64,000 bases of DNA from Bacilli bacterium (lineage in GTDB: Bacteria > Bacillota_I > Bacilli_A > RF39 > UBA660): the NCBI GenBank assembly GCA_017887425.1, contig JAGHHZ010000028.1, forward strand, positions 20,304-84,303. The letters are read 5' to 3'. Position numbers and translations under genes: made by a program. Of this stretch, positions 8,447 through 20,822 are shown in pieces (the first letter of the stretch is position 1; each line of letters begins with the position of its first letter). Under the pieces are notes generated by a model. That model was not told where the DNA came from. It did no database searches and saw only the letters and a program-made list of their open reading frames with translations.

Positions 8447-9481
8447 ATGTTTGAAAATTACTTTAAAAAAATGGTTAAGCTTAATGTTTTCCCAGGGTGC
8501 AATTATGCTATTATTCATAACGATAAAATAGAAGTGGGAAGTGTTGGTGCTAAAGCATTAGTTCCTAAAATAGAGAAAAACGATATTAATACTTTATATG
8601 ATATTGCGTCACTTACTAAAGTATTAGTTACTAATGTATTGATTACTAAATTATTAGAAGAAAATAAAATTAAACTAGATGATAAAGTAAATAAATATTT
8701 ACCTAAATTTAAATATGATAATATTACAATATTTCATTTATTAACCCATTCATCAGGATTAATTGCTGATGTAAACTGGAAAGAAGTTAATAATAAAGAG
8801 GAATTAATTGAATTTTTCTATAATAAAAAATTATATTATGAAACAGGAACTGATGTAGTTTATTCAGATTTAAACTTTATGTTTTTAGGTTTTATCGTTG
8901 AAAAATTATATGATAAACCATTGGATGTATTGGCTTATAAAAAAATATTTAAACCACTTCATATGAATAATACTTACTTTAATCCGACTAATAAAGAATT
9001 ATGCGCTCCAACCGAAGTAACTGATAAAAGAGGAGTTGTAAGAGGTATTGTTCACGACGAGAAAGCTTGTATGATAGGTGGTGTCTGCGGTGCTGCTGGT
9101 GTTTTTTCCAATATTTTCGATTTAGTTAAATTTGTAACCATGATTTTAAACGATGGCATGATTGGCAATAAGAGATTTATCGATAAAAAATATATTGATC
9201 TATGGGCTAAACCATTTGTTAAAGGAAAAGAAGGAAATGTAAGAGGCTTAGGTTGGGGAATTGGTAAAAGTAAAATAACCGGTTCCTTATGTAGTGATAA
9301 TACAATATATCATACTGGCTTTACTGGTAATACTTTAATTATTGATCGTGATAATAAAATAGCTATTATTCAATTATCTAATCGTATTCATCCATCACGT
9401 GATAATAAATTATTAATGGAAAAAAGAAAATATATTTTTAACTATATTTATAGAAATATCGATAAAATTCATAATCCTTAA
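8447..9481 (+). CDS. Serine hydrolase, beta-lactamase/PBP4*-like family
   Basis: An SxxK motif in IASLTKVL, plus LLTHSSGL, YSDLNF and HTGFTGN, as in class C beta-lactamase-like esterases. Confidence 0.8.
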   Translation: MFENYFKKMVKLNVFPGCNYAIIHNDKIEVGSVGAKALVPKIEKNDINTLYDIASLTKVLVTNVLITKLLEENKIKLDDKVNKYLPKFKYDNITIFHLLTHSSGLIADVNWKEVNNKEELIEFFYNKKLYYETGTDVVYSDLNFMFLGFIVEKLYDKPLDVLAYKKIFKPLHMNNTYFNPTNKELCAPTEVTDKRGVVRGIVHDEKACMIGGVCGAAGVFSNIFDLVKFVTMILNDGMIGNKRFIDKKYIDLWAKPFVKGKEGNVRGLGWGIGKSKITGSLCSDNTIYHTGFTGNTLIIDRDNKIAIIQLSNRIHPSRDNKLLMEKRKYIFNYIYRNIDKIHNP

Positions 9482-9509
9482 AAAAATAAGGATTTTTTTG
9501 ATAAATCAA

Positions 9510-9538
9510 TTGACAATTATTATAAATTATGATAATAT
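9510..9538 (+). promoter_or_regulatory. Putative sigma-A promoter for secE-nusG
   Basis: TTGACA (9510-9515), 17 nt, then TAATAT (9533-9538). A hairpin with a T-run terminating the previous gene lies just upstream (about 9474-9500). Confidence 0.5.
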
Positions 9539-9601
9539 TTATCTAGACACGAAAAGGTGTTTTTATTTTAGAAAAAAATCATATAATTAAAGAGGTGACT
9601 T

Positions 9602-9910
9602 ATGAGCAAAAAAGAAGTTACAAAAGAAAAAGATGAAAAAGAAAAAGTAACTAAAAAAGTTGAAAAAAAAGAAACTAAAAAAGACGTAAAAAAAATTGAA
9701 AAGAAAAAAGACAATAAAAAGAAAGAAAAAAAAGTAAAAAAAGAATCATTTTTCAAGTCTGTTTCAAATGAAATGGATAAGGTTCGTTGGCCATTAAAAA
9801 AAGAAATGGTTAAATATTCAATTGCAACATTATCATTTATTATTTTCTTTGCCTTATTCTTTACTTTAGGTGATTTAATTATTGCCGGTGTTAAATTGTT
9901 GGTGAGATAA
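9602..9910 (+). CDS. secE: Preprotein translocase subunit SecE with a roughly 50-aa Lys/Glu-rich N-terminal extension
   Basis: The C-terminal 50 aa (FFKSVSNEMDKVRWPLKKEMVKYSIATLSFIIFFALFFTLGDLIIAGV) are canonical SecE. It lies directly upstream of nusG with a 1-nt overlap. The SD AAAGAGGTGA precedes ATG 9602. Confidence 0.85.
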   Translation: MSKKEVTKEKDEKEKVTKKVEKKETKKDVKKIEKKKDNKKKEKKVKKESFFKSVSNEMDKVRWPLKKEMVKYSIATLSFIIFFALFFTLGDLIIAGVKLLVR

Positions 9911-10443
9911 TGGAAAAAGAATGGTACGTAGTTAATACTTATTCAGGACATGAAAGCAAAGTTAAAGAAAAATTAGAGATGCGTGCTTCTAGTATGGGTT
10001 TAGAAGACTATATCTTTAGAGTAGTTGTTCCTGAACAAACAGAAGTAGAATATAAAGATGGCGTAAAAAAAGAAAAAGTAAAGAAAATGTTTCCAGGATA
10101 CATATTAGTTGAAATGATTATGACTGATGAAGCTTGGTTTGTAGTAAGAAATACACCAGGTGTAACTGGGTTTATCGGAAGTAGTGGTAAAGGAGCAAAA
10201 CCATTCCCATTAACTCCAGCGGAAGTTGATAAAATATTAGGTTCTATGGGTATGAGCAGATTAGATATTGCTAATGAATTAAAAGTTGGCGATCAAGTTA
10301 AAGTAGTCGAAGGACCATTTGCTAATATGTATGGTAAAGTCACAAGTATTAATTTAGAAAAACAACAATTAGAAGTAGCTTTAGATCTATTCGGTCAAGA
10401 AACTAACGTCGAATTAGAATTAACCCAAATTTCTAAAGCATAA
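9910..10443 (+). CDS. nusG: Transcription termination/antitermination factor NusG
   Basis: It opens WYVVNTYSGHE, with an NGN domain and a KOW motif (GDQVKVVEGPFANMYGKV). The secE-nusG-rplK synteny is present. Confidence 0.96.
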   Translation: MEKEWYVVNTYSGHESKVKEKLEMRASSMGLEDYIFRVVVPEQTEVEYKDGVKKEKVKKMFPGYILVEMIMTDEAWFVVRNTPGVTGFIGSSGKGAKPFPLTPAEVDKILGSMGMSRLDIANELKVGDQVKVVEGPFANMYGKVTSINLEKQQLEVALDLFGQETNVELELTQISKA

Positions 10444-10576
10444 AATATTTACAAATATAAAAAAATGTGTTATTATGATTAGGCTATATATTTTATTATA
10501 TAGATGTGGGAGATTGATTTTTTAGCGGATAATCATTATTACCACAACGCGAAAAATAAAATTAGGAGGTGTTTTC

Positions 10577-10999
10577 GTGGCAAAACAAGTAGCAAGTAAA
10601 GTTAAATTACAAATTCAAGCAGGTAAAGCGACTCCAGCGCCACCAGTTGGTACTGTTTTAGGTCCAAAAGGAATTAACCTACAAGAATTTTGTACAAAAT
10701 ATAATGATGCAACTAAAGATAAAATGGGAGATGTTCTACCGGTTGAAATTACTATTTATGATGATAGAAGTTTCGATTTCGTAGTTAAAACCCCACCAGC
10801 TGCTTTCTTAATCAAAAAAGCTGCCAAAGTAAAATCAGGTTCAGCTAAAGGAAAAAAAGAAATAGTTGGTTCATTAACTAAAGAACAAGTTAAAGAAATT
10901 GCTGAGACTAAATTACCAGATTTAAATGCTAATACTTTGGAAGATGCAATCAAAATCATCGAAGGTACTGCTATAAATATGGGAATTGAAATTAAATAA
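10577..10999 (+). CDS. rplK: 50S ribosomal protein L11
   Basis: GTG start after the SD AGGAGGTG. The sequence [25 protein letters not shown] is diagnostic. Confidence 0.97.
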   Translation: MAKQVASKVKLQIQAGKATPAPPVGTVLGPKGINLQEFCTKYNDATKDKMGDVLPVEITIYDDRSFDFVVKTPPAAFLIKKAAKVKSGSAKGKKEIVGSLTKEQVKEIAETKLPDLNANTLEDAIKIIEGTAINMGIEIK

Positions 11000-11056
11000 C
11001 ATAGATAATTCTATGTGGAAGGAAAAATCCGCTAGACCACATAAGGAGGTAAAAAA

Positions 11057-11752
11057 ATGAAGAAAGGTAAAAAATACGTTGAAGTAGCAAAATTAGTAGA
11101 AAAAAACAAATTATATACTAAAGAAGAAGCTATTAGTTTAGTTAAAAAAACATCAACAACTAAATTTGATGCTTCAGTTGAATTAGCTATGAATTTAAAT
11201 TTGGATACTAAAAAAGCTGATCAACAATTAAGAGGTACTATTTGCTTACCAAATGGTACAGGTAAAACTAAGAAAATTTTAGTTATTGCTAAAGGACCAA
11301 AAGCTGAAGAAGCAAGAAATGCTGGTGCTGATTATGTTGGAGATACTGATTACTTAGAAAAAATTGAAAAAGAAAATTGGTTTGATTTTGATGTGTTAAT
11401 CGCTACTCCAGATATGATGCCTCAATTAGGTAAATTAGGTAAAGTATTAGGACCAAAAGGATTAATGCCAAACCCTAAAACTGGAACAGTAACTATGGAT
11501 ATTAGTAAAGCTGTTACTGAAGTAAAACAAGGACGTATCGAATATCGTACTGATTCATATGGAAACGTTCATGTAATAATCGGTAAAGTAAGCTTTACAG
11601 AAAAACAATTACTTGAAAATTTAGAAGCCTTTGTTTCATTAATTTTAAGAACTAAACCATCAGTTGTTAAAGGAACTTATGTAAAAAATATAAGTATCGC
11701 TACAACAATGGGGCCTGGTATTAAAATTGATACAAATTCTTTTGACAAGTAA
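11057..11752 (+). CDS. rplA: 50S ribosomal protein L1
   Basis: [25 protein letters not shown] and PNPKTGTVT motifs, following rplK. Confidence 0.97.
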   Translation: MKKGKKYVEVAKLVEKNKLYTKEEAISLVKKTSTTKFDASVELAMNLNLDTKKADQQLRGTICLPNGTGKTKKILVIAKGPKAEEARNAGADYVGDTDYLEKIEKENWFDFDVLIATPDMMPQLGKLGKVLGPKGLMPNPKTGTVTMDISKAVTEVKQGRIEYRTDSYGNVHVIIGKVSFTEKQLLENLEAFVSLILRTKPSVVKGTYVKNISIATTMGPGIKIDTNSFDK

Positions 11753-11764
11753 TAAATAGTATGT

Positions 11765-11905
11765 TATAATTAATTTGTTGTGTGAAGTACCGTAGACAGT
11801 AGGTGTCAGTTTGACTTAATTTCCTACCGAGGACTTAGAATAAGTTTTCTAATGCTCTATACGGTAAGTATAGAGCATTTTACGGTATATTATAATTCAA
11901 GGAGG
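11765..11905 (+). ncRNA. rplJ (L10) 5' leader with attenuator hairpin
   Basis: This is a roughly 150-nt untranslated gap before rplJ. It has paired segments GTAGG/CCTAC and a strong hairpin AATGCTCTATAC-GGTAA-GTATAGAGCATT followed by TTTT (11851-11881). That fits the L10(L12)4-controlled leader known in Firmicutes. The track ORF start at 11852 lies inside this hairpin. Confidence 0.6.
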
Positions 11906-11911
11906 TGCGTG

Positions 11912-12403
11912 ATGGCAAATCAAAAAATAATAGCTAGAAAACAAGAAACAGTTGAAGAAATAGCTGATAAAGTTAAAAACTCTGCTTCAATGGTTCTATT
12001 TGAATATCATGGCTTAACAGCAAACGAAACAATCGAACTAAGAAGAAAATTAAGAGAATCTGGCTCTAGTTATAAAGTATATAAAAACACTTTAGTAAAA
12101 AGAGCTTTAGACAGCTTAAACATCGATATGGATAGCGAATTAAATGGACCTAAAGCTATAGCTTTTGGTGAAGATGCAGTTGCTCCAATTAAAGCATTAG
12201 CAGACTTTGCTAAAGATCATCCAGCTTTAGTTATGAAAATTGGTTATGTCGATGGCGAAGTAGCTGATGAAAATATGTTAAAACAATTAGCAAGTATTCC
12301 ATCAAGAGACGGTTTACTTACTATGTTAGCATCTGGATTAATGGGTGTTGTAAAAGATTTATCAATTTGCTTAGATTTATATAGCAAAGATTTAGAAAAA
12401 TAG
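11912..12403 (+). CDS. rplJ: 50S ribosomal protein L10
   Basis: The SD AAGGAGGTG precedes ATG 11912 (MANQKIIARKQETVEEI). It contains FEYHGLTANE and lies upstream of rplL. Confidence 0.95.
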   Translation: MANQKIIARKQETVEEIADKVKNSASMVLFEYHGLTANETIELRRKLRESGSSYKVYKNTLVKRALDSLNIDMDSELNGPKAIAFGEDAVAPIKALADFAKDHPALVMKIGYVDGEVADENMLKQLASIPSRDGLLTMLASGLMGVVKDLSICLDLYSKDLEK

Positions 12404-12419
12404 AAAGGAATGATTATAA

Positions 12420-12788
12420 ATGGCAAAATTTACAAAAGATGAATTTATTAGTGGATTAAAAGAAATGACTATTCTTGAAGTTAAAGAATTAGTTGACGCA
12501 ATGAAGGAGGAATTTGGTGTTGATCCATCAGCTGTAGCTGTTGCTGCTGGACCTGTAGCTGCTGCTGCTGACGAAGGACCATCAACTGTTACAGTAACAT
12601 TAACATCTGCTGGACCTAACAAAATCGCTGTTATCAAATTAGTTCGTGATATCACTGGTTTAGGATTAAAAGAAGCTAAAGATTTAGCTGATAACGGTGG
12701 AGCTGTTAAAGAAAATATTGCTACAGATGAAGCTAATGAATTAAAAGCTAAGTTTGAAGAAGCTGGCGCAACTGTTGAATTAAAATAA
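12420..12788 (+). CDS. rplL: 50S ribosomal protein L7/L12
   Basis: An Ala/Pro-rich hinge ([16 protein letters not shown]) and C-terminal domain motifs [22 protein letters not shown] and [14 protein letters not shown]. Confidence 0.97.
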   Translation: MAKFTKDEFISGLKEMTILEVKELVDAMKEEFGVDPSAVAVAAGPVAAAADEGPSTVTVTLTSAGPNKIAVIKLVRDITGLGLKEAKDLADNGGAVKENIATDEANELKAKFEEAGATVELK

Positions 12789-12857
12789 TTAATAAAATTA
12801 ACTTTAAGCCTGTACTAAATTAGTATGGGCTTAAAGCGTTTAAGAAAGGAAGGGTTT

Positions 12858-13439
12858 ATGAGTTATTATTTTACTAATGATGAAAGCTTAAAAAGTGAGG
12901 TAAAAAAAATAAACGTTCAAATAAACAATCTTCCTTTTTCTTTTTATACGGATAATGGTGTTTTTTCAAAAAAAGGTTTAGATTTTGGAACAAGAACTTT
13001 ACTAGAAAGTTTAACAAATATAAAAGGTGACGTTTTAGATATCGGCTGTGGCTATGGACCGATTGGTATTTATGTAGCTAAAACTTTTAAAACATCTGTC
13101 GACATGGTCGATATTAATAAAAGAAGTTTAGATTTAAGTTTAAAAAATGCCAAATTAAATAATGCAATTGTTAATATATTTGAAAGTAATTTATACGAAA
13201 ATGTTAATAAAAAGTATGATTTTATTATTACCAATCCGCCGATTAGAGTAGGTAAAAAGATACTATATCAATTATTATTTGAAGCTAAAAAATATTTAAA
13301 TAAAGATGGCGAATTATGGTTAGTTATCAATAAAGATCAGGGAGCTAAAAGTGTATTAAAAGATTTATCTTTAGAATATAAAACTAGTATTGTAACTAAA
13401 AATAAAGGTTTTTACATAATTCGTGCTATAAATGATTGA
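12858..13439 (+). CDS. Class I SAM-dependent methyltransferase, RsmC/YbxB-like
   Basis: VLDIGCGYGPIG (motif I) and ITNPPIRVGK (the NPPxH/R-type motif). It occupies the same rplL-rpoB intergenic position as B. subtilis ybxB. The start was taken at ATG 12858 (MSYYF). Confidence 0.85.
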   Translation: MSYYFTNDESLKSEVKKINVQINNLPFSFYTDNGVFSKKGLDFGTRTLLESLTNIKGDVLDIGCGYGPIGIYVAKTFKTSVDMVDINKRSLDLSLKNAKLNNAIVNIFESNLYENVNKKYDFIITNPPIRVGKKILYQLLFEAKKYLNKDGELWLVINKDQGAKSVLKDLSLEYKTSIVTKNKGFYIIRAIND

Positions 13440-13464
13440 CATGTTGATTATATTTTGATAAAAT
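13436..13464 (+). promoter_or_regulatory. Putative sigma-A promoter upstream of rpoB
   Basis: TTGACA (13436-13441), 17 nt, then TAAAAT (13459-13464). It overlaps the stop of the methyltransferase gene. Confidence 0.45.
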
Positions 13465-13524
13465 TATAAATTGGTGACATCTACTTTTGTTGCAACAAAA
13501 TTAATAGTATATAGGGGTGAAAGA

Positions 13525-16500
13525 GTGGCATATACAATCAAAAAAATTGGAGATTATCGCGAAAGAAGAAACTATGCAAAGGCAAAAAATGCAATTGAAT
13601 TAAACAATTTGTTGGAAATTCAAAAAAAATCTTATAATTGGTTCATGACTGAAGGCATTAAAGAAGTATTTGATGATATTTTTCCTGTAGAGAGTTTTAC
13701 AGGAAATTTGTCGTTGGAATTTGGTGATTTTAGTTTTGACCAACCTAAGTATTCAATCAAAGGTTGTAAAGAAAGATATGCAACCTATGCTGCACCTTTA
13801 AAAGTTGAAGCTAGACTTTTTAATGGTGAAACTGGAGAAGTAAAAGAACAAGAAATTTTCTTAGGTGATATGCCAATAATGACCGAAACAGGAACGTTTA
13901 TAATTAATGGTGCGGAAAGAGTTATCGTATCACAATTAGTTCGTTCTCCAAGTTGTTATTATGGTAAAGAAGTCGATAAGAAAAATGGAAGAGTAACAAT
14001 TACTAGTCAAATTATCCCAACACGTGGAACTTGGCTAGAATATGAAATCGATTCAAGAGATGTTATTTATGTTAGAATCGATCGTACGAGAAAAGTACCA
14101 ATTACAACATTATTAAGAGCAATCGGTTTAAATAGTGATGAAGATATTATCGATTTATTTGGTGAAAACGAATTAATCACTAAAACGATTGAAAAAGACA
14201 CTAATAAAAATACTGACGAAGCATTAATTGATATTCATTCTAAATTAAGACCAGGTGAACCATCAACTTTAGATAGTGCGAAAAATCAATTGATCACTAG
14301 ATTTTTCGATGCTTTTAGATATGATTTAGCCAAAGTTGGTCGTTATAAATTTAATAAAAAATTAAATGTTTTAGATCGTTTGTTAGGATGTAAATTAGCT
14401 GAAGATATCGTTGTTGATGACGAAGTTATTGCTAAAAATGGCGACTTAGTTACTAAAGAATTATTAGAAACATTAAGACCTGTTTTTGATGGTGGTTATG
14501 GTGTTAAAGATGTTTTAATTAACGAAGAGTTAGATAATTATAACAAAGTTCAAGTTGTTAAAGTTTATAGTAACGCTGATAAAGACAAAGTAGTTAAAAT
14601 TATCGGTAATGATCAAACTATCGATGAAAAAAGATTAACTATTTCTGATATTTATGCATCAGTATCATATTATTTAAATTTATTTGATGGTATTGGTTCA
14701 TTTGATGAAATTGACCACTTATCTAATCGTCGTGTTAGACAAGTAGGAGAATTATTACAAAATCAATTTAGAATTGGTGTATCAAGAATTGAAAGAGTAA
14801 TTAGAGATCGTATGAGTACCCAAGAAATAGCTGAAGTAACTCCTAAAAGTTTAATTAATATTAGACCACTTACCGCAGCTATTAAAGAGTTTTTTGGGTC
14901 AAGCCAATTATCACAATTCATGGATCAAACTAACCCAATTGCTGAATTGGCTAATAAAAGACGTCTATCTAGTTTAGGTCCAGGTGGACTATCAAGAGAT
15001 CGAGCTGGTATGGATGTTCGTGACGTTAATCCATCACACTATGGTAGATTATGTCCAATCGAATCTCCAGAAGGACCTAATATCGGACTTATTACTGCTT
15101 TAGCAAGTTATGCTAAAGTTAACGAATATGGATTTATTATGACACCATATCGTAAAGTTGAAAATGGTAAGTTAACTGATGAAGTTGTTTATATGACAGC
15201 TGATGAGGAATTAGATCATTATATTTCTCAAGCAACTGTTAATTTAGATGATAAAAACTGTTTTGTCGATGAAAAAGTACCAGTTAGATATCATGGTGAT
15301 AATATTATTATCGAATCTAGTAAAGTCGATTATATTGATGTCTCACCACAACAAGTTATATCAATTACAACCCAAGGTATTCCTTTCCTAGAACACGATG
15401 ATGGTAAAAGAGCCTTGATGGGTTCAAACATGCAACGTCAAGCAATTCCTTTATTAAAATCTGAAGCACCATTAGTTGGTACTGGTATTGAAGCTATTGC
15501 TGCTCGTGACGGTGGATCTGTTGTCATCGCTAATGCTGATGGGGTAGTTGATTATGTCGATGGAAGAAAAATCGTCGTTAAAACAAAAGGCAATAAAGAT
15601 ACTTATTATTTAAATGGTTATGAAAGAAGTAATAACGGAACTTGTTATCATCAAGTACCAATTGTTCGCGCTGGCGATATTATTAAAAAAGATCAAGTTA
15701 TCGCTGATGGACCTTCTTCTGATATGGGAGAAATGGCTTTAGGTAAAAACGTTACTGTTGCTTTCATGAACTTTAATGGATATAACTATGAAGATGCCGT
15801 TATTTTAAATGAAAGATTAGTATCTGATGACGTTTATACTTCAATTCATATTGAAGATTATCAAATTGAATGTCGCGATACTAAATTAGGACCAGAAGAA
15901 TTTACAAGAGATATTCCTAATGTCGGGGAAGAAGCTCGTAAAAACTTAGATGAAAATGGTATTATTCGAATTGGTACCGAAGTTAAAGATGATGATATTT
16001 TAGTTGGTAAGGTTACTCCTAAAGGAATGGCTGAACTAACTAGCGAAGAAAAATTATTACACGCTATTTTTGGTGAGAAAACAAGAGAAGTAAGAGATAC
16101 ATCATTGAGAGTTCCTCATGGTGGGGAAGGTATTGTTCACGATGTTAAAATATTTACTAAAGAAGATTCTGATGAACTACCTGCCGGTGTTTCTAAAATA
16201 GTTCGTGTTTACATCGCTCAAAAACGTAAGATTTCAATCGGTGATAAAATGGCCGGACGCCATGGTAATAAAGGTGTTATCTCATTAATATTACCTAAAG
16301 AAGATATGCCTTATATGGCTGATGGAACACCAATCGATATTTTACTTAACCCATTAGGTGTACCAAGCCGTATGAACATCGGACAAATTTTAGAAATGCA
16401 TTTAGGTGCTGCTGCTAAAAAATTAAATATTCATGTTATGACACCTGCATTTGATGGTGCAACAAGAGAAGAAATTATCGATGCTTTAAAAGAAGCAGGA

Positions 16501-17124
16501 TTAGATGAAGATGGTAAAATGGTTTTATATGATGGTAGAACTGGTGAACCATTTGATAATCGTATTTCTGTTGGTGTTATGTATATGATTAAACTACACC
16601 ACATGGTTGATGATAAATTACATGCTCGTTCAACAGGACCTTACTCATTAGTAACGCAACAACCATTAGGTGGTAAAGCACAATTTGGTGGTCAAAGATT
16701 TGGTGAAATGGAAGTTTGGGCATTATATGCTTATGGTGCTGCTCATGTATTACAAGAGATGATGACAATTAAATCTGATGACGTTGTCGGACGTGTTAAG
16801 GTATATGAAGCATTAGTTAAAGGTCAACCACTCCCACCAAGTAGTGTTCCAGAAAGCTTTAGAGTATTAATCAAAGAATTCCAAGCTTTAGGCTTAGATA
16901 TTAGTGTTTTATCAGAAAATGGCAAATTAGTTGATATGAAAGAAATCGAAGCAATGGATCAAGAAGGATTTGCTAGTGTTGAAGATTTTGAAAATAGTAT
17001 CGAACCAATGGTTATGCCTGATAGTGAACCACTTAAAGAAGATGATGAGTTTGAAGATGATGAAATCGAAGAACCAGAAGATTTAGACGAAGAATTAGAA
17101 GATATAGAGAAGGGGGCTATGTAA
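13525..17124 (+). CDS. rpoB: DNA-directed RNA polymerase subunit beta
   Basis: Diagnostic blocks [37 protein letters not shown] and [10 protein letters not shown]. The likely GTG start is at 13525 after AGGGGTGAAAG; the track start 13471 is upstream of the SD. An acidic C-terminal tail is present. Confidence 0.97.
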   Translation: MAYTIKKIGDYRERRNYAKAKNAIELNNLLEIQKKSYNWFMTEGIKEVFDDIFPVESFTGNLSLEFGDFSFDQPKYSIKGCKERYATYAAPLKVEARLFNGETGEVKEQEIFLGDMPIMTETGTFIINGAERVIVSQLVRSPSCYYGKEVDKKNGRVTITSQIIPTRGTWLEYEIDSRDVIYVRIDRTRKVPITTLLRAIGLNSDEDIIDLFGENELITKTIEKDTNKNTDEALIDIHSKLRPGEPSTLDSAKNQLITRFFDAFRYDLAKVGRYKFNKKLNVLDRLLGCKLAEDIVVDDEVIAKNGDLVTKELLETLRPVFDGGYGVKDVLINEELDNYNKVQVVKVYSNADKDKVVKIIGNDQTIDEKRLTISDIYASVSYYLNLFDGIGSFDEIDHLSNRRVRQVGELLQNQFRIGVSRIERVIRDRMSTQEIAEVTPKSLINIRPLTAAIKEFFGSSQLSQFMDQTNPIAELANKRRLSSLGPGGLSRDRAGMDVRDVNPSHYGRLCPIESPEGPNIGLITALASYAKVNEYGFIMTPYRKVENGKLTDEVVYMTADEELDHYISQATVNLDDKNCFVDEKVPVRYHGDNIIIESSKVDYIDVSPQQVISITTQGIPFLEHDDGKRALMGSNMQRQAIPLLKSEAPLVGTGIEAIAARDGGSVVIANADGVVDYVDGRKIVVKTKGNKDTYYLNGYERSNNGTCYHQVPIVRAGDIIKKDQVIADGPSSDMGEMALGKNVTVAFMNFNGYNYEDAVILNERLVSDDVYTSIHIEDYQIECRDTKLGPEEFTRDIPNVGEEARKNLDENGIIRIGTEVKDDDILVGKVTPKGMAELTSEEKLLHAIFGEKTREVRDTSLRVPHGGEGIVHDVKIFTKEDSDELPAGVSKIVRVYIAQKRKISIGDKMAGRHGNKGVISLILPKEDMPYMADGTPIDILLNPLGVPSRMNIGQILEMHLGAAAKKLNIHVMTPAFDGATREEIIDALKEAGLDEDGKMVLYDGRTGEPFDNRISVGVMYMIKLHHMVDDKLHARSTGPYSLVTQQPLGGKAQFGGQRFGEMEVWALYAYGAAHVLQEMMTIKSDDVVGRVKVYEALVKGQPLPPSSVPESFRVLIKEFQALGLDISVLSENGKLVDMKEIEAMDQEGFASVEDFENSIEPMVMPDSEPLKEDDEFEDDEIEEPEDLDEELEDIEKGAM

Positions 17125-20100
17125 TGAATATTAATGAATTTGAAGGATTAAAAATTTCTATAGCATCTCCAGAAAAAATTCGTTCTTGGTCTTATGGCGA
17201 AGTAAAAAAAGCTGAGACTATTAATTATAGAACTTTAAAACCTGAAAGAGACGGATTATTTTGTGAAAAAATATTCGGTCCAACTAAAGATTTTGAATGT
17301 TCATGTGGTAAATATAAAAGATTAAGATATAAAAATATCGTTTGTGACCGTTGTGGAGTTGAAGTAACTCGTAGTAAAGTAAGAAGAGAACGTATGGGAC
17401 ATATCGAGTTAGCAACTCCTTGCTCTCACATTTGGTTTTTCAAAGGTGTTCCATCTAGAATTGGTCTAGTTCTAGATATGTCACCTCGTGACTTAGAAGA
17501 AGTATTATATTTTGTTAGTTATGTTGTTTTAGATCCAGGAAGTGCTCCACTAGAGAAAAAACAAACTATCTCTGATAAAGAATATCGTAGTTATTATGAA
17601 AAATATGGTAATTCATTTAGAGTTGGTATGGGTGCTGAAGCAATTAAAGAATTACTAGAACAAGTTAATCTAGAAGAAGAAGTAAATACTATTAAAGAAG
17701 AAATTGAAAGTATTAAAGACTCAACTAGTCAAAAAAGAATTAGATTAATTAAAAGATTAGATGTTTTAAATGCTTTCTTAGAATCAGGTAATCGTCCTGA
17801 ATGGATGATTTTAGAAGCACTACCAGTAATCCCTCCTGAACTTAGACCAATGATTCAATTAGATGGTGGTAGATTTGCAACATCTGATTTAAATGACTTA
17901 TATAGAAGAGTAATCAACCGTAACAATCGTTTGAAAAAATTGATGGAATTAGGTGCTCCTTCAATTATTATTCAAAATGAAAAACGTATGTTACAAGAAG
18001 CAGTTGATGCTTTATTCGATAACGGTAGACGTGGTAGAAACATAACTGGTGCTAGTAATCGTCCACTTAAATCTTTATCTAGTATGTTAAAAGGTAAACA
18101 AGGAAGATTTAGACAAAACTTACTAGGTAAACGTGTCGATTATTCAGGTCGTTCAGTTATCGTTGTTGGACCATCACTTAAAATGTATGAATGTGGTATT
18201 CCAAAAGAGATGGCTTTAGAGTTATTTAAACCACACGTTATCAATGGTTTAGTTACTAAAGAAATAGCTTCTAATATTAAAGCTGCTAAAAGAATGATTG
18301 AAAACCAAGATGAAAGAGTTTGGGATATCGTTGAAGAAAATATAGCTGAACATCCAGTTTTATTAAACCGTGCTCCAACTTTACATAGACTTGGTATTCA
18401 AGCTTTCCAACCTAAATTAATTGAAGGTAGAAGTATCAGACTTCACCCATTAGTATGTACTGCTTTTAATGCTGACTTCGATGGCGACCAAATGGCCGTT
18501 CACGTACCTATTTCTGATGAAGCACAAGCTGAAGCAAGAATCTTAATGTTAGGTGCTAATAACATCTTATCACCTAAAGATGGACAACCAATCGTTACTC
18601 CAGGTCAAGATATGATTTTAGGTAACTATTATATAACCATTGAAAAAGCTAATTTAAAAGGTGAAGGAAGAGTATTTAAAAATGATAATGAAGCTTTAAT
18701 GGCTTATGAAAGAAGAGAAATAACTCTACATACTCGTATAGCTATTCCTGTTAAATCATTTAAGCATAAAATATTTCCTGATAAATATTTAGATAAATAT
18801 TTAGTTACAACTCCAGGTAAATTATTATTTAATGAAATATTTCCTGATAGTTTCCAATATATTAACGATGGTAGCGAGGAAAATATCGAAAAAATTACTC
18901 CAAGTAAATACTTTATTGATAAAGGTAAAAATATTAAAGAAGAAATTGCTAATATGGAATTAGTTAAACCATTTGGTAAAAAAGTATTAACTAAATTAAT
19001 TGCGCAAATTTATAAAAGATATCAAACTACTGAAACTTCTGTTATGCTTGATAAAATGAAAGATTTAGGCTTTAAACATTCTACTTTATCAGGTATTTCT
19101 ATTGGTATTGGTGATATTATCGAATCTAAAACGAAACCAGAAGTTTTAAAAGAAGCTAGTTCTAAAGTAGATACGATTAATAAGCAATTTAAACGTGGTT
19201 TAATAACTGATAGAGAACGTTATGACAATGTTGTTGCAACATGGAACGAAGCTAAAAATAAGATTGCGGCTGAGTTGGAAGGATTTATTAAAACTCATAA
19301 AGATAACTCAATTTCTATGATGATCGATTCAGGTGCTCGTGGTAATATGTCTAACTATAACCAAATGGCCGGTATGCGTGGATTAATGATGAAACCAACT
19401 GGTGAAGCAGTTGAGATACCAATCACATCTTCATTTGTTGAAGGTGCTAATGTGTCAGAATTCTTCTTAGCTACTCACGGCGCTCGTAAAGGTGCTGTTG
19501 ATACAGCTTTAAAAACAGCCGATGCTGGTTACTTAACTCGTCGTTTAGTTGATGTAGCTCAAGACATGATTGTTAAAGAAGATGATTGCGGTACTAGTGA
19601 AGGTGTTGTTGTCGAGGCATTTATCGATGATAAAAACAATACTGTTGTTGAAACTCTAAGAGATCGTATCGTTGGAAGATTCACTAATAAAAGAGTTATT
19701 CATCCTGAAACTAAAGAAGTTATTGCTGAAAGAAACACTTATATTACTGAACAATTAGCCGATAAGATAATTAAAGCAGGTATTACTAAAGTACCTATTA
19801 GAACAGTTTTAACTTGTAAAACTGAACACGGTGTATGTTGCAAATGTTATGGTCGTAATTTAGCAACCGGTTCTTTAGTTGAAGTAGGAGAAGCAGTTGG
19901 TATTATGGCTGCTCAATCAATTGGTGAACCTGGTACTCAATTAACGATGCGTACCATCAACTCTGGTGGTGTTGCCGGAGATGATATTACTCAAGGTTTA
20001 CCTCGTGTTCAAGAGTTATTTGAAGCTCGTAATCCAAAAGGTAAAGCGACTATTTCTGAAATTAATGGTAAAGTTACTAAAATTGAAGAAGAAAACGGTA

Positions 20101-20759
20101 AATTTGAAATTACTGTTGCTAACGATGCAGAAACTAAAGTTCATACAACTAACTATGGCGCTAAATTAAATGTTAGTTTAAATCAAGAAGTTGAAGCTGG
20201 CGATAAATTAACATTCGGTGCTATTAACCCTAAAGAATTGTTAGTTGTAACAGATCCTATTACCGTACAACAATATATCTTATTAGAAATTCAAAAAGTA
20301 TATCAATCACAAGGTGTTAGTATTTCTGATAAACACGTTGAGATTATTGCTAAACGTATGATTTCTAAAATTAAAATTATTTCATCAGGAGACTCATTAT
20401 ATTTACCAGGTACAATGGTTAATATCAATCATTTTGCTGATGTTAATAAACAACTTATTTTGGAAGGAAAAACACCTGCTTTAGGTCGTCCTGTATTATT
20501 AGGTATTACTAAAGCAAGTTTAGAAACTGATTCATTCTTATCAGCTGCTTCTTTCCAAGAAACAACTCGTATTTTAACTGATGCTGCTATTCATGGTCGA
20601 GTTGATGAATTAAATGGTTTAAAAGAAAATGTTATTATTGGTAAATTAATTCCAGCTGGTACTGGAGCTAAGAAATATAAAAAAGTCAATTATGATTTAG
20701 AAATACCATATATTGATGATGAACCATTAGAAGCATTAGAACAAGAATTAATGGATTAA
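17124..20759 (+). CDS. rpoC: DNA-directed RNA polymerase subunit beta'
   Basis: Zn-finger [23 protein letters not shown], catalytic [12 protein letters not shown], and the trigger-loop region. There is a 1-nt TAATG overlap with rpoB. Confidence 0.98.
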   Translation: MNINEFEGLKISIASPEKIRSWSYGEVKKAETINYRTLKPERDGLFCEKIFGPTKDFECSCGKYKRLRYKNIVCDRCGVEVTRSKVRRERMGHIELATPCSHIWFFKGVPSRIGLVLDMSPRDLEEVLYFVSYVVLDPGSAPLEKKQTISDKEYRSYYEKYGNSFRVGMGAEAIKELLEQVNLEEEVNTIKEEIESIKDSTSQKRIRLIKRLDVLNAFLESGNRPEWMILEALPVIPPELRPMIQLDGGRFATSDLNDLYRRVINRNNRLKKLMELGAPSIIIQNEKRMLQEAVDALFDNGRRGRNITGASNRPLKSLSSMLKGKQGRFRQNLLGKRVDYSGRSVIVVGPSLKMYECGIPKEMALELFKPHVINGLVTKEIASNIKAAKRMIENQDERVWDIVEENIAEHPVLLNRAPTLHRLGIQAFQPKLIEGRSIRLHPLVCTAFNADFDGDQMAVHVPISDEAQAEARILMLGANNILSPKDGQPIVTPGQDMILGNYYITIEKANLKGEGRVFKNDNEALMAYERREITLHTRIAIPVKSFKHKIFPDKYLDKYLVTTPGKLLFNEIFPDSFQYINDGSEENIEKITPSKYFIDKGKNIKEEIANMELVKPFGKKVLTKLIAQIYKRYQTTETSVMLDKMKDLGFKHSTLSGISIGIGDIIESKTKPEVLKEASSKVDTINKQFKRGLITDRERYDNVVATWNEAKNKIAAELEGFIKTHKDNSISMMIDSGARGNMSNYNQMAGMRGLMMKPTGEAVEIPITSSFVEGANVSEFFLATHGARKGAVDTALKTADAGYLTRRLVDVAQDMIVKEDDCGTSEGVVVEAFIDDKNNTVVETLRDRIVGRFTNKRVIHPETKEVIAERNTYITEQLADKIIKAGITKVPIRTVLTCKTEHGVCCKCYGRNLATGSLVEVGEAVGIMAAQSIGEPGTQLTMRTINSGGVAGDDITQGLPRVQELFEARNPKGKATISEINGKVTKIEEENGKFEITVANDAETKVHTTNYGAKLNVSLNQEVEAGDKLTFGAINPKELLVVTDPITVQQYILLEIQKVYQSQGVSISDKHVEIIAKRMISKIKIISSGDSLYLPGTMVNINHFADVNKQLILEGKTPALGRPVLLGITKASLETDSFLSAASFQETTRILTDAAIHGRVDELNGLKENVIIGKLIPAGTGAKKYKKVNYDLEIPYIDDEPLEALEQELMD

Positions 20760-20781
20760 TTTCCATTAATTTTTTGATAAC

Positions 20782-20822
20782 AAAAATAGGATTTTACTTA
20801 ATTGGTAAAATCCTATTTTTCT
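20782..20822. terminator. Bidirectional terminator between rpoC and the convergent phosphatidyltransferase gene
   Basis: An A-run, then TAGGATTTTAC-ttaattg-GTAAAATCCTA, then a T-run. The hairpin includes the TAG stop of the minus-strand gene. Confidence 0.75.

Noticed and set aside
9600-9760. A-rich quasi-repeats (also at 43495-43580 and 25190-25320) considered as possible tandem repeats or CRISPR-like arrays
   Set aside because: They are in-frame poly-Lys/Glu coding tracts with no regular repeat-spacer periodicity. I found no CRISPR array anywhere in the window.
12392-12655. 87-aa antisense ORF across rplL, plus similar antisense ORFs at 10756..10959, 12244..12426, 30185..30607, 46107..46421 and 59877..60122
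   Set aside because: Each lies opposite a highly conserved gene (rplK, rplJ, rplL, rsmE, ftsZ, ppdK). Stop-free antisense frames are expected from codon bias. None has an SD or a recognisable motif.
19966-20169. Same-strand alternative-frame ORF inside rpoC (and 53780..53983 inside the DUF1566-like gene)
   Set aside because: These are out-of-frame overlaps with Lys/Leu-rich low-complexity products. There is no evidence of frameshift signals.
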